Shown here: positions 27,058 through 38,165 of the stretch, piece by piece
Layout of the letters: each line of letters opens with the position of its first letter
How positions within the stretch are numbered: the stretch's first letter is position 1
Source of the DNA: Chiloscyllium plagiosum
Lineage: Eukaryota
Reading direction: 5' to 3'
DNA: 64,000 nt
Assembly: GCF_004010195.1 (NCBI RefSeq)
Contig: NC_057718.1
Span: forward strand, 31,643,479 to 31,707,478
Notes under the pieces: generated by a model
Told to the model about the DNA's origin: nothing
The model's database searches: none
The model's input: the letters and a program-made list of their open reading frames with translations, nothing else
Program-made: the position numbers and the translations under genes

Positions 27058-28660
27058 CTGGGAAAATTAAAGAAAGTTATGAAATGGAATAAAAACAATA
27101 AAAAGGCTCAATGCTGTAAAAAAATCCTTCACAATACTACTTAGGAATTAATGAAAATTTATAAAAGGTTAGGAAAGTATTCTGACTGTGGGAACAAGAC
27201 ATTATCAGTGAGCCACTAGACAGACAATTGTCAAAGCTATCACCTGTCTGAAGTAGATTGATCGATTAAAAGTAAGATTGTTAAGTTATAGATCATGAAA
27301 TTAATGAAACAATGGATTTAAAAACTAGTTTGGAAATAGGAATCAGATGGTAATGTTAAATACAAAAAGCTGTAATCATGATTCCTGGAGCTTCAGGACC
27401 TTTTCCTCCTAAACTCCAAACACACTACAGTATGTCCTTCACACACTTCCTTCTCTACGCATCCTCAGTGTTTGGAAGCAGGACTAAACATATCCTTCTC
27501 TGACTTGTATTCATTCCTTCCCAGTACCTCGAAGCTATAGAACACCCCATCTCCTTCAGTGTTTCTTTCCTCTTACGATCTGCAGAATTTAAAAACTTAA
27601 ACCTATTATCCTGGCAATAAATTCTGATCTATTTAATCTTTTTATTCATTTCTCAACTTTGGTGGTATTTGGTACTTCTCAAAAATAAAGTGATTAATGT
27701 AAAGAGTAAAAAAAAGTTTTCACGAAGATTTGGCCCAGATGGGCTAATAAACAGTAGTTGGATTTTAATGCAGACAGATGTAAACCAATGCATTTTGGAA
27801 CAGTAAAATAACAAACACATGAACATGATTAAAATGATGGTTATTAGCACATGTGGAAAAGGAAAAGGATGCAAGTACAATTACTATTGTTCACTATAAG
27901 TTTCCAGTTGATATCAAACAGTTTCCAAAAAGCTAATCAAAAACAGATTCCGTGTCAAAAGGATTAGATTCTAAGTTATTCTAACATTGCATGCATCACA
28001 GACAAGGCCACATTTGGAATAATAGTTCTAATTTTAACTTGGGGCAGCAGGCATGTGTGCCGGAAGAGGACTCAGGAGATTTTGGCCCTCATCTGCATAG
28101 ACATAGTTAGGTTTTTGTCCAAAGCTCAGCAGGTGGAGTAGAATGTTAAGAGGCAGGAATAGTCCCAGGCACTCAGTTCAGTCACCAGCTGACGACGGGA
28201 AGTGGGGGGGGCTCAAATCAAGTTATTGGAAACTTCAACTTTATTTCTGATGCTTGGAGGAGCATCAACAGGAGCCAAAACATTTGTTTAGGGGAGTTTA
28301 GATTTATTTGATTGACTTGGTAGAAAGGCCACAGTGGTTTTTCTGTGCAGGCCTCTGGTTAAGATAACAGTTGAAGCATGGTGACATCCATGGGACCCAG
28401 TCTACACATTTACGGCTTCCCACAGTGTTTTCTTAGCGTTTGCTAAGAACAGTAGGCTCAACAGTAACCTGTGGGAAGGTAACCAGCCACCAGCAGGTAA
28501 ATTCCAAGTGATTTTAATTGCTCATTCACCTAGGTTCAGTTGGACAAGCAGGATTAAATTTACGCCTCATATGTGCATTTTCAAGACAAAATGGACTTTG
28601 GCTTATGGGACAAGTTCAAACCACAAGAATGAGGGACATAGGACTCTAAGCTGTGAAGAG

Positions 28661-28832
28661 GAGAATGTGAGGACTGCAAATGCTGGAGATCAGAGTCGAA
28701 GAGTATGTTGCTGGGAAAGCACAGCCGGTCAGGCAGCATCCGGTCAGACAAGGGCTTTTGCCCAAAACATCGACTCTCCTGCTCCTCGGATGCTGCCTAG
28801 CTGGCTGTGCTTTCCCAGCAACACACCTTTCA
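28661..28832. mobile_element. Penelope-terminus fold-back mini-insertion
   Basis: Inverted arms. TSD actctaagctgtgaagag / actctaagctgcaaagag (28643-28660, 28833-28850). Confidence 0.85.
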
Positions 28833-31699
28833 ACTCTAAGCTGCAAAGAGAATTAGATACATTTGAGAAAATACAGTGTTAGGGGTGCAGGGGTTGGGAG
28901 TATTGATTCAGGACCTTAACCTTCACATTTTTAACATTGTTGACTAAGAGGAGCTGCTTTAATAAGCAAAGGACTGTGTTAAATGAGCATCAATCAAAAC
29001 AATTATTGGAAAAAAACTCACTGAAACAGATCTCAGCAAAAGTAGTTACACAATTGTCAGATATACATGGATAAATATTCAGTTGGGTCCAGGGCTGGAC
29101 ATGATTGAAACTGGCACAAACTGGTCCATGAAATATGTCATTTCTTTACAAACAACAGCCCTTGTCAGCAATGCCGACATTCTATGAGTGAATCAAACAG
29201 GAATGTCACATGGTGAGAAGCAGGATTCAATTGAATATAGGAGAAACACGGATAAATGAGTACGGTTGGATATTTGTTTGAACATCTTTGAGAATCAAAG
29301 AATATGGAGGTTACCCAGGGTTAAACTGTTGACCTGGAGTCCATGATCTGTGGGGGAAAAAAGTGAGCTTGGTAGCTAAACAGTCTTTTCTAATTACATC
29401 TTTTCCTAGGTTCCTGTAAAACAGTCTGCCTACATATTTTTCCTAGACCACTAATCAGTTTGCTACATGAAACCTAGCACTAACTCTTCTTGTTATATAT
29501 TGATATGTCAAAAGGCTTTCATCATGGCTTCTGTTGTACTCCCCCATCCTATTTCAGGACTTAATTGCCTCTTCAAACGACTGTCATGGTGTAGACTGCT
29601 AGACTTTAGCAGATTCTGTAGCCACACAGATGTTACAGCACCATAACCATTTAAAAATTAGTACAAATATACCATTACTACTATAATAACAGTTGAGCTG
29701 AAGTGACTTATAGCCTGTAACATAATCTCCTGGTTCAGATGACATCTCGAAAGCAATTGAGCTTCACTACTGTGGTGCAGGACATCACCTAGATAATTTA
29801 ATTGTACATAACAGCCTTGTAAAATTCCATCCAAATGTAATTCATATCTTTTAAAATATGTACTACATCTACCAGAAAACTCCTAATCTTAATTAAATTG
29901 AAATCTTCAATTGAGGAGAAATACTATTAAGTCTGACCTGTAGTTCTTCCCTTTATTGAACATATTTCAATCATACTACATATGGGTATGTGAAACATTT
30001 TCTCCAAAGATTCAGACTCTATATAGCAAAATGATGGCCTCGAATGTGAAGAACACCATTGGCCAAAAGCTTAATATCAAAATCTGAGAAGAGTCACTGA
30101 ATGCTTAAGCTATGTCTATTCTATTGCCTTTTACAGAAAGAGATCTTAACCAGTTATCTGGATTATAACTGGTCACAAATTGGGCAAATAATCCAAGAGA
30201 AACTTGTTTCTTTAATATTACCATTCTTTCCTTAATCTCCTTCTTATGATACTCTATCAAGTATTCTTGTGGTTCCTGGTTCACAATGAGATAGACATTA
30301 TTGCCTGAATATTTAGAGACAGAAGGACACAGTGCTTTTACTAAAATGGTGCCAGAACCCTGAGATGTCCTGGAAGCAATTTACATACATGTTAAGCACA
30401 AACCAAGCAGGGTCAATTGACTCAGTGCAGAGTTAAAACAAACCCCATTTTTTTGATGCAGCAAGGTTTGTATTTCATAGTGTGCGACTTATCATTGTTA
30501 AGAGTAGATATTCATTTGCATAAATGGTGGATAAGATCTAAGGAACTGTCTGTCTGTTATGTCTAACTGTCAAGTCAGTTAAAACCATTGTCCTTTAAAT
30601 CTTGAAAAAAAGAAGAAATCAGTGTGCTCTGACTCTGAGTTGAAAAAGAATGATGCATACAATATCAAGGGATATCTGTTGGTTTATGCATTATTATACT
30701 CTTGGCATTATTGACTTCATCCACAATCTATGATTACAATGGGTTATCAATCAGTTTACAGGTTGATTCATGACTCCCTAGTGGTTATAAGGGATGAGGT
30801 ATCTTTGATGTGAGACATTGATTGCAAATATTTTGTTTTTTTTAATATATTAAGAGATTAAGAATTAATTTAAATGTAGTGAGCATACTTTCATCAGAAT
30901 TTCTTTAAATATAGTGAACTCTGTAATTATCCCATTTCAGTGTGCATGGTGTGGTCTTTGGTTCAAAGTGGAAATTCAACTGATGCATTCTTTCTTAGTT
31001 CAGCTTTTTGTGTTCAAGTCTAATTGGGACAGCAGCCTTCAAGTAATAAAATAGCCTAATTAAAAGAGGTAGCTGCCTCGTGCTGGCTGTTAAAATTTAG
31101 CACCAAATTCCAATGATAAATGAGGTATTGATCACTGCAGATATACAGGTTGTCTGGACAGACCTTTATAAGAAAGGCAATTCTGTCACCACATAGTTTG
31201 TATGGAGGATGGCCAATGCGAGATGAAGGCTGAGTAAGTTCCTGACGATGGTTGGAAATTTTGTTTAAAGTGGAAATTCTGTGCTAAGGGGGACAAAGTG
31301 CTTTAAAAAGGATTTACTGCAAGTAGTAAACTTTCCAAAGCAAGAGGACAGTGGGAGAGGATAGACTGAAATTGTGGATTGAGTGGCCTATCTGCAGAGA
31401 GAACAGGGGCAGAGTAACACCAAAACAACAGTGTGGCATGTGTGTTGGGAAAGCAGTTGATTGGTGAATATATCTTGACTTTGAAGTAAAAGTAAAGGCT
31501 TTGATTTGTGTTCAAAGCCACAGTGCCTTCGCCAAAACTATGCCAGAACCCTGAGGGGCCCTAGAAGTGATTTACACATACGGATTTTCTTCCCTCTCTT
31601 TTCAAAAAGAACCACTTAACTAAGAGATTGACACTGGTGATTTTTAACTTACAACTCAAATAGAATGTGATAGCCACGGCAGGATGGGTGACGTGTTAC

Positions 31700-33480
31700 T
31701 GCTTTAACATGTATAAGACACTGGGTACCAGTGTGATCAGTAAGTGCTTGCAGCTCAAGGAATTTCAGACCAGAATTGAGGAGCTGGAATCGGAGTTGTG
31801 GACACTGTGCCATATCAAGGATAGGGAATGATTACCCGGAGATTTTACTCCAGAGGGTGTTCACAACCATCAGACGAGATAACTCAGGACTGGTCTGTAA
31901 TAGGGAAAGGTGGGTGTGACTGCAGGTGAAGCACTTGTGAGGACTCAAGGGTTACAATTGAGAAGCATCGGCTACTCCAGTTGTCCAACAGTTATGAAAT
32001 GAAGTAGCTACAAAGACAGTGGATGCACTAGTTATCTTCCATGAATTCTTAGATTCTAGAACACTCCCATAGAATTAGAAAACTGCCAACGTGTTACCTT
32101 TATTTTATTAGGGAAGGAGACAAAAATCAGGTAGCTATAGACCAGTTAGTTTAATGTCTGGAAAATGTTAGAGTCAATTATAAAGGACATACTAGCAGAC
32201 AATTTAGAAATGTATAAAATGATCTAGCAGAGTCAGCATGACATCGTGAAGGAGAAATCATATCTGGCAAACTTACTAGATATCTGAGAAGAGGCAACCA
32301 GAAGGATAAAAGGGAAGCAGTGGGTGCAATATATTTGAATTTTCAGAAGGTATTTGAGACGATACCACACATTAGGCTACTTAAACAGATAAAAGTCCAA
32401 GGTGTTGGAGGTAGTATATTAGAATGGGTAGACGACTGGTTATTAAGAGAGACAGAACTGGGATAAGGTGGGCATTTTCAGGATGGCAACCTGTAACAAG
32501 TGGAGTGCCACAGGGAACAGTGCTGCAGCCACAACTATTTACAATATATTAATGACTTGGTGTGAATGTACGATCACCAAGTTTCTGACTGACAAAAAAT
32601 AGGTGGGAAGACAAGTGGTGACAATGCTGCAAAGAGTCTACAGAAGAATACTGACAGGTTAAGCGAATGGGCAAAAAAATCGGCAGATGAAATAGAATGT
32701 GGGAAAAATGACATTATGCACTTTGCCAGGAAAATTGGAGGAGCGTAATGTTATTTAAATGGAGGAAGACTGCTGAAAGCTACAGAACAGAGGAAATGGA
32801 GATGTTGTACGTGTGTCTCAGATACATTTCTGCTTTCAGCATTTAACAGGGAAGGCAAATGGAATGCTGTCCTTCATTTCAAAGGGAATGGAGTATAAAA
32901 TTAGGCAGGTTTTACTGAAACTATTCAGGTACTAGGTCTGACCACATCTGGAATATTGTGAACAGTTTAGATTCCTTATCGATGGGAAGATGTGTTGGCA
33001 TTTGAGGCAGTTCAGGGAAGGGTCGCGAGGCTGATACCTGTTATGGAGGCAATATCTTATGTGAGGTGCAGTAAATTGGGCCTATACTTGCTTAGTGAAA
33101 GAAGAATGAGAGGTGACCTTATTGAAAATACAAGGTTCATATAGGATTTGACAAGGTACATGTGGAAAGGTTGTTTCCCCTTGTGAGAAGGTGTAGGAAT
33201 CTCAGAATAAGAGGTCGCACATTTAAGACACAGGTGAGGGGGAATTTTTTTTTCTCAAGGTACTGAATCTGAATACTGAATTCATTATCACAGAAGGCTG
33301 TTGAGGCTGGGTCATTAAGCATATTGAAGGCTGAGACAGACTTTTTAAATCAGTAAGAAAATAGAGTTATGGGGAAAAGGCAAAAAATGGAGTTGAGGAT
33401 TATCAGATCAAACATGATCTCACTGAATGGTGGAATAGACTTTATAGGAGCTGAAGTAGGCCATTCGCCCTATGTCTTAC
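31700..33480 (+). mobile_element. Decayed CR1 LINE (RT and 3' end, possible ORF1 piece at left)
   Basis: agtggagtgccacaggga, ccacatctggaatattgtg, agaatgagaggtgaccttattgaaa. Confidence 0.75.
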
Positions 33481-36214
33481 AGTCAATTAGCACAGTTGGT
33501 TAGACTGCCAGCATTTGAATCAGTTTCATGTCAACACTACAGGATTCAATCTCCACTGTGGCTGTTACAGCAAAAGACACACAGCACAGCCATGGTTTGG
33601 TGAATAATTGCCAAGAATCTGAGAAATTTCTAGAGGATGCAAACTCATTGTTAGAGTAATAAATTTTAAAAATCCAGTTTGCCAATTTGAAAATTGTGTG
33701 GATAAAAATTAAACATGGAGGTAAGAGTATAGAAATATATGCAGGCCAATAATTTCAGCTGCAAAATTCATTCCCAAAGTACTGAATCATTAAACACTAA
33801 ATTATTAGACCCGATATAACCTCCTAGATGGCATTAACAGCTCCATTGTTACAAAACTGTAATTCATGCCATAGGTATTCCAATAGAAGTTTCTAAATAT
33901 CTTCTCACTCTATAACCAGTTTTCTTAATATTATGTGCTACTTCCAGTAATTGCTTCATTCATAGAATATACCATTTTTGGTTCCATGAGCAGTTTAGCA
34001 AAGAACTCAAATATACTAATAAAAATATTACACCACAGCCTAATCTAAAAATTGCAATTGCGTGAAATTATTCCCAGTACAGGTAAGTACTAAAAAAGCC
34101 ATAATCTCACTTTGGAGGCTTGCTGACAGTCTGCATTTCTCCACCAGTTCATGACTACAACAGTGCAATCATCCCTCTCATATGACTCATGTTGACATTA
34201 CGGGCTGAGTCTTTCCAGCCCAGAAGCAATGTGTGCATTGGCAGGTCAATTGGGAAAATTAACAGAAATGAGGTTCTCAACGTTTAGAACAAAAAGTCCG
34301 ATTCTCCACCCAACTTTTGAATGGTGAAACAAGAATCTCACTAGTCAGCAGTGAGAGGCCTACTTGTACCCATTTGCATTATTAATTAATCTTGCCCTGC
34401 TGATATGCAGCTTTCTATCCTCCAGCTTACTAGACTGAAACTAGTGGCGACAGCTCGCAACATCAAAGTCAAATCAAGTATATGATGATTCCAACTCATT
34501 ACTTGATCCTCTGGGCCTCCATCTTGAATTGCAGTCTCGAAAATCTCAGGGCACCTTCCATGAGGTTACTGCTTGTACCCTTGCTACAGAGGCTAGTATC
34601 AGACATCCACGACCTCATGACACCCTCACAGCACATCTCTGACTCACTATAGTTTTGCACTTCAATAATGGAGCAACAAAGACCTTTCATTGCGATGTTG
34701 CTACTGGGCACTTTGTGCACAGGAACAGGCATCCATCACATGGATTTGACCAGGGTGAATCTCTGGCTCCTCACTTGCTCTCTTAGCACTTACTCACTTT
34801 GCGTTTACTGCATTTCTGCCTTGGACATATTGCCCCACATTCAGAGCTTAAACATGTACAATCTTCTATTGTATGTGCATCAAAATGAATGAGCAACTGA
34901 TGACTGAATCAGGGCAATTATGCACAACCTTAACACAGAGGCATCCTGCTTGTTGTTTCATGTCCCAACAATGTCCTTGTTGCTTCATGTTTCAAAGGTC
35001 AGAAGAATGCTGTTCAAGTGTTATTTATGTGTGCTGTATCTGCTGAATCTTCACTTTACTGTGAAGCTACTTTGTTTCTGAAATTATCCACAAAGACTCA
35101 TTGGAAATGTCCTCAGTGGATGAACAGTTGCTATGGTCATTCCTGTGGCTGCTGCACAAAAGATTGCCACACAAATAAATAAGGAACATGTGTCTGGAAG
35201 CTTAGGACGAGCATGAACATCTAGCTGACGTGGAGTTATTCCCCACTGTGACATCTGCAGCCAAGGGTGCTCTCATGACATGGTGAAGATACAGGACAAC
35301 CACAGCCATTCCATAGAATGCTGCAGTGTTGACAGAAGGGCAATGGTGCTCTGTCCAGAGGTGTAGGTCAAAACCCCATGTCATACTGACCTGTATGAGG
35401 CTCCTTCACTGGCACCACCCTGTTGGATTGAGAAGCAAGGTCACCCTGGTCATGGTCCCTCGTCATCCTGCTGCGTTATAGCTGGCGCTGAACACCAATG
35501 GGTAAAGCGATGGAGTGCAAGTCTCTGAGCACCATGGCAGTTGCCAATGTCTCCATGGTGGCAGCCAAATGTTCACATGCCAGCATGGTACCAAGTGTTG
35601 GAGGAGTCCATCAATCTTGGAGCCAGTTTGTCCGGCGTCTTCAACAAATCTGCCTGTGCATTTGGATGAAGATATGAATAGCTGACACTATGGGGTTATC
35701 TCCTGCCTGGGGTTAAGCAGGTGCCTGGTTTCTTCAGCTTTCTAAGTGCCAGCAATCTGGGGCATTATTCCCTTAGCCAACTGCAGAGATATAGCAGTGA
35801 TATACACACCAGCACTAATCTAATTCAAGTATCACCAAGGTGTCACTATCTGAACTAGTAGAGGGTGCAGCTGGCAGCTGTGCCTATGTATCTCCTGAGG
35901 GATCTGTGACTTCTTTCTCAGAGATGTCTTGCAAAGTTGCCCTATAGAAGTTTGGACCTATTAAGAACATATTCACAGTAGTGGAAATGGGAAAGCAGCA
36001 GAGCAATGGACAATTATTCTTTCTTGGCTGCCAAGGTATGGAGGTTTCGGGATCACAGTCCTGTCCTTGTCTAGAGCGAGGTCATGAATGTCAAGCACTC
36101 TGCCATCCTTCTTGGCTTTTTCACCTCTGTTGTGGGTTGTTTTCTCCTTGAACAGATAAAAGGTGGGATTGAGTGAGATGAAAGTGACTTACCACTTTTG
36201 GTGCTAGTGCACCA

Positions 36215-36550
36215 GGGAGGCAATGGCTTAGCGGTATTATCATTGTACTGTTAGACCAGAGACCCAGATAATGTTCTGGGGAACCAGTTCGATTCCATTC
36301 ATGGCAGATGGTGGAATATGAATTCAATAAATATCTGGAATTAAGAATCTAATGATGACCATGAATCCATTGTCAATTGTTGGAAAAACCCATCTGCTTC
36401 ACTAATGTCCTTTACGGAAGGAAACTGCCATCTTTAGCTGGTCTGGCCGACATGTGACTCCAGACCCTCAGCAATGTAGTTGACTCTTAACTGCCCCCTG
36501 AACAATTAGGGATGGGCAATAAATGCTGCCAAGTCCATGCATGAATAATG
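36215..36550 (+). mobile_element. tRNA-derived SINE, abundant family
   Basis: A-box-like tggcttagcgg and B-box-like gttcgattcc. Homologous copies at about 8716-8935(-), 14143-14375(-), 15388-15585(+), 23450-23812(-), 38500-38835(-), 39293-39410(+), 39425-39757(-) and 57205-57550(-). Confidence 0.8.
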
Positions 36551-36699
36551 GAAAGAAAAGGTACGAGGCACAAAGAACATGCAGGGTTAGCAGTCTGGGA
36601 GTTTAGGGTGGTTGACAGTCAATGAGGGAAGGTACTGCATGCTATAGTAAGAATGACAGATCATGATCCTTGGTGGGGACTTTAGAAGAATTTGAGTGA

Positions 36700-36961
36700 G
36701 TGTGAAGAAGCAAAGTGAAGATGGTGGCCTCACGAAGCACAGAAGGTCATTCAGCTTCTTGTAGCACTGCTCTGAATTCGCCAGCACTCAGACACTGCAC
36801 TGACCCTGGTGGCAAGCTCGGGTCAGGCTGGCAGGTTCTGGTACCGTAGTCACATCTGGTGGTCCTGAGGAAAGAGGACAGCCCTCATGATCCAGCCCAT
36901 CCATTAGGGCGTCCAGGTCCCTGTCAGCTAGGTGTGGCGCTAACCTCCTTTTCTCACCCAT
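36700..36961 (-). pseudogene. Decayed Myb/SANT-like (trihelix) DNA-binding gene, probably from a PIF/Harbinger transposon
   Basis: Across frameshifts: MGEKRRLAPHLADRDLDALMDGL ~ RAVLFPQD...PA*PELATRVSAVS ~ NSEQCYKKLNDL. Confidence 0.65.
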
Positions 36962-37485
36962 TATGGACAACTCTGCACACTCAGCAACAACTCCAGACTG
37001 ACAACGCTATCCTGGTGCACACTGTAATAAGCATGATGTCAGGAATACTGGCCTTGATAAGGGGAAAGATAATTTGAATGAGTCACCGTAGAGATGTGGT
37101 GCACAGCTAATGAGGAGATATGCGGTGAATAGTGAGAGGAAGTGTGAGAGGGCTGATGGAGAGAAACCCTCCAGGAAACTGGTCAAAACCAACACTTTCT
37201 GCTAACAATCATCCCTTTGTCTTTCTAGTCCCCCTTGACACCAGTTTATTTTTACTTCTTTACTTTGCTGCTTTGAGTTTTAGACTCTCTGCTTGAAACT
37301 CGCTTTCTTTTCTCTTTTGTTTAGCAGTTAACAAAACCACTTGCAGTTGCCAATATCATTAAGCTTTGTCTTATAACTGTCTTTAACCACTGACTTTGCA
37401 TGCAAGTGTGAATGATTTACTATCAATCCAAACAATTCTATCACATTCATAATTGTTTGGTTCTAGATACTTTAGATTATCAGTG

Positions 37486-37597
37486 ATTTGGAGGTGCTGG
37501 TGTTGGACTAGGGTGTACAAAGTTAAAATCACACAACATCAGGTTATAGTCCAACAGGTTTAATTGGACTATAACCTGGTGTTGTGTGATTTTTAAC
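37486..37597. mobile_element. Fold-back mini-insertion of a second, sequence-unrelated family (probably Penelope-like)
   Basis: Arms agttaaaatcacacaacatcaggttatagtccaa / ttggactataacctggtgttgtgtgatttttaact. Perfect 14-bp TSD ttagattatcagtg (37472-37485, 37598-37611). Confidence 0.8.
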
Positions 37598-37972
37598 TTA
37601 GATTATCAGTGGGATTTTGGCTCTTCGAAGCCCTAAGGGTATTTTCATTTGACAAGTTTGGTAAGTTCCTGGAATGTCTCCAAGAAAATGAACAGAAGCC
37701 CATAAAATTAATATTTGTCTGCTAAATCTATCTGGTAGCTTTAGACACATCATCAAAAAGCAGCAAAGCCTCATTATAACAAAAATAGTTAAGACACTAT
37801 CAGCTGATTTATTGAAAGAAGAAACAAATGTCATTAATGCATTTTTTTTTAGTTAGCATCATCACTAATTTGGTCACAATATTCCATTTAAAACTGCTTT
37901 GAAACCTCATGTGAGACTATCTCAATGGGAAAATATTAGTTTCCATAACACCAACTGGCAGCATTATAAAGG

Positions 37973-38165
37973 AGGAGAAAGTGAGGACTGCAGATGCTGG
38001 AGATCAGAGCTGAAAAACGTGTTGCTGGAAAAGCGCAGCAGGTCAGGCAGCATCCAAGGAGCAGGGGAATCGACGTTTCTGAAGAAAGGCTTATGCCCGA
38101 AACGTCGATTCTCCTTCTCCTTGGATGCTACCTGACCTGCTGCACTTTTCCAGCAACACATTTTT
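37973..38165. mobile_element. Penelope-terminus fold-back mini-insertion with hammerhead core
   Basis: Long inverted arms; CTGAAGA..ggc ttat gcc..GAAACGTC at 38079-38106. Perfect 14-bp TSD cagcattataaagg. Confidence 0.9.

Noticed and set aside
26859..27098. Track ORFs 26859-27098 and 18688-18930 as stand-alone genes
   Set aside because: They are spliced exons; the listed starts are not real initiators.
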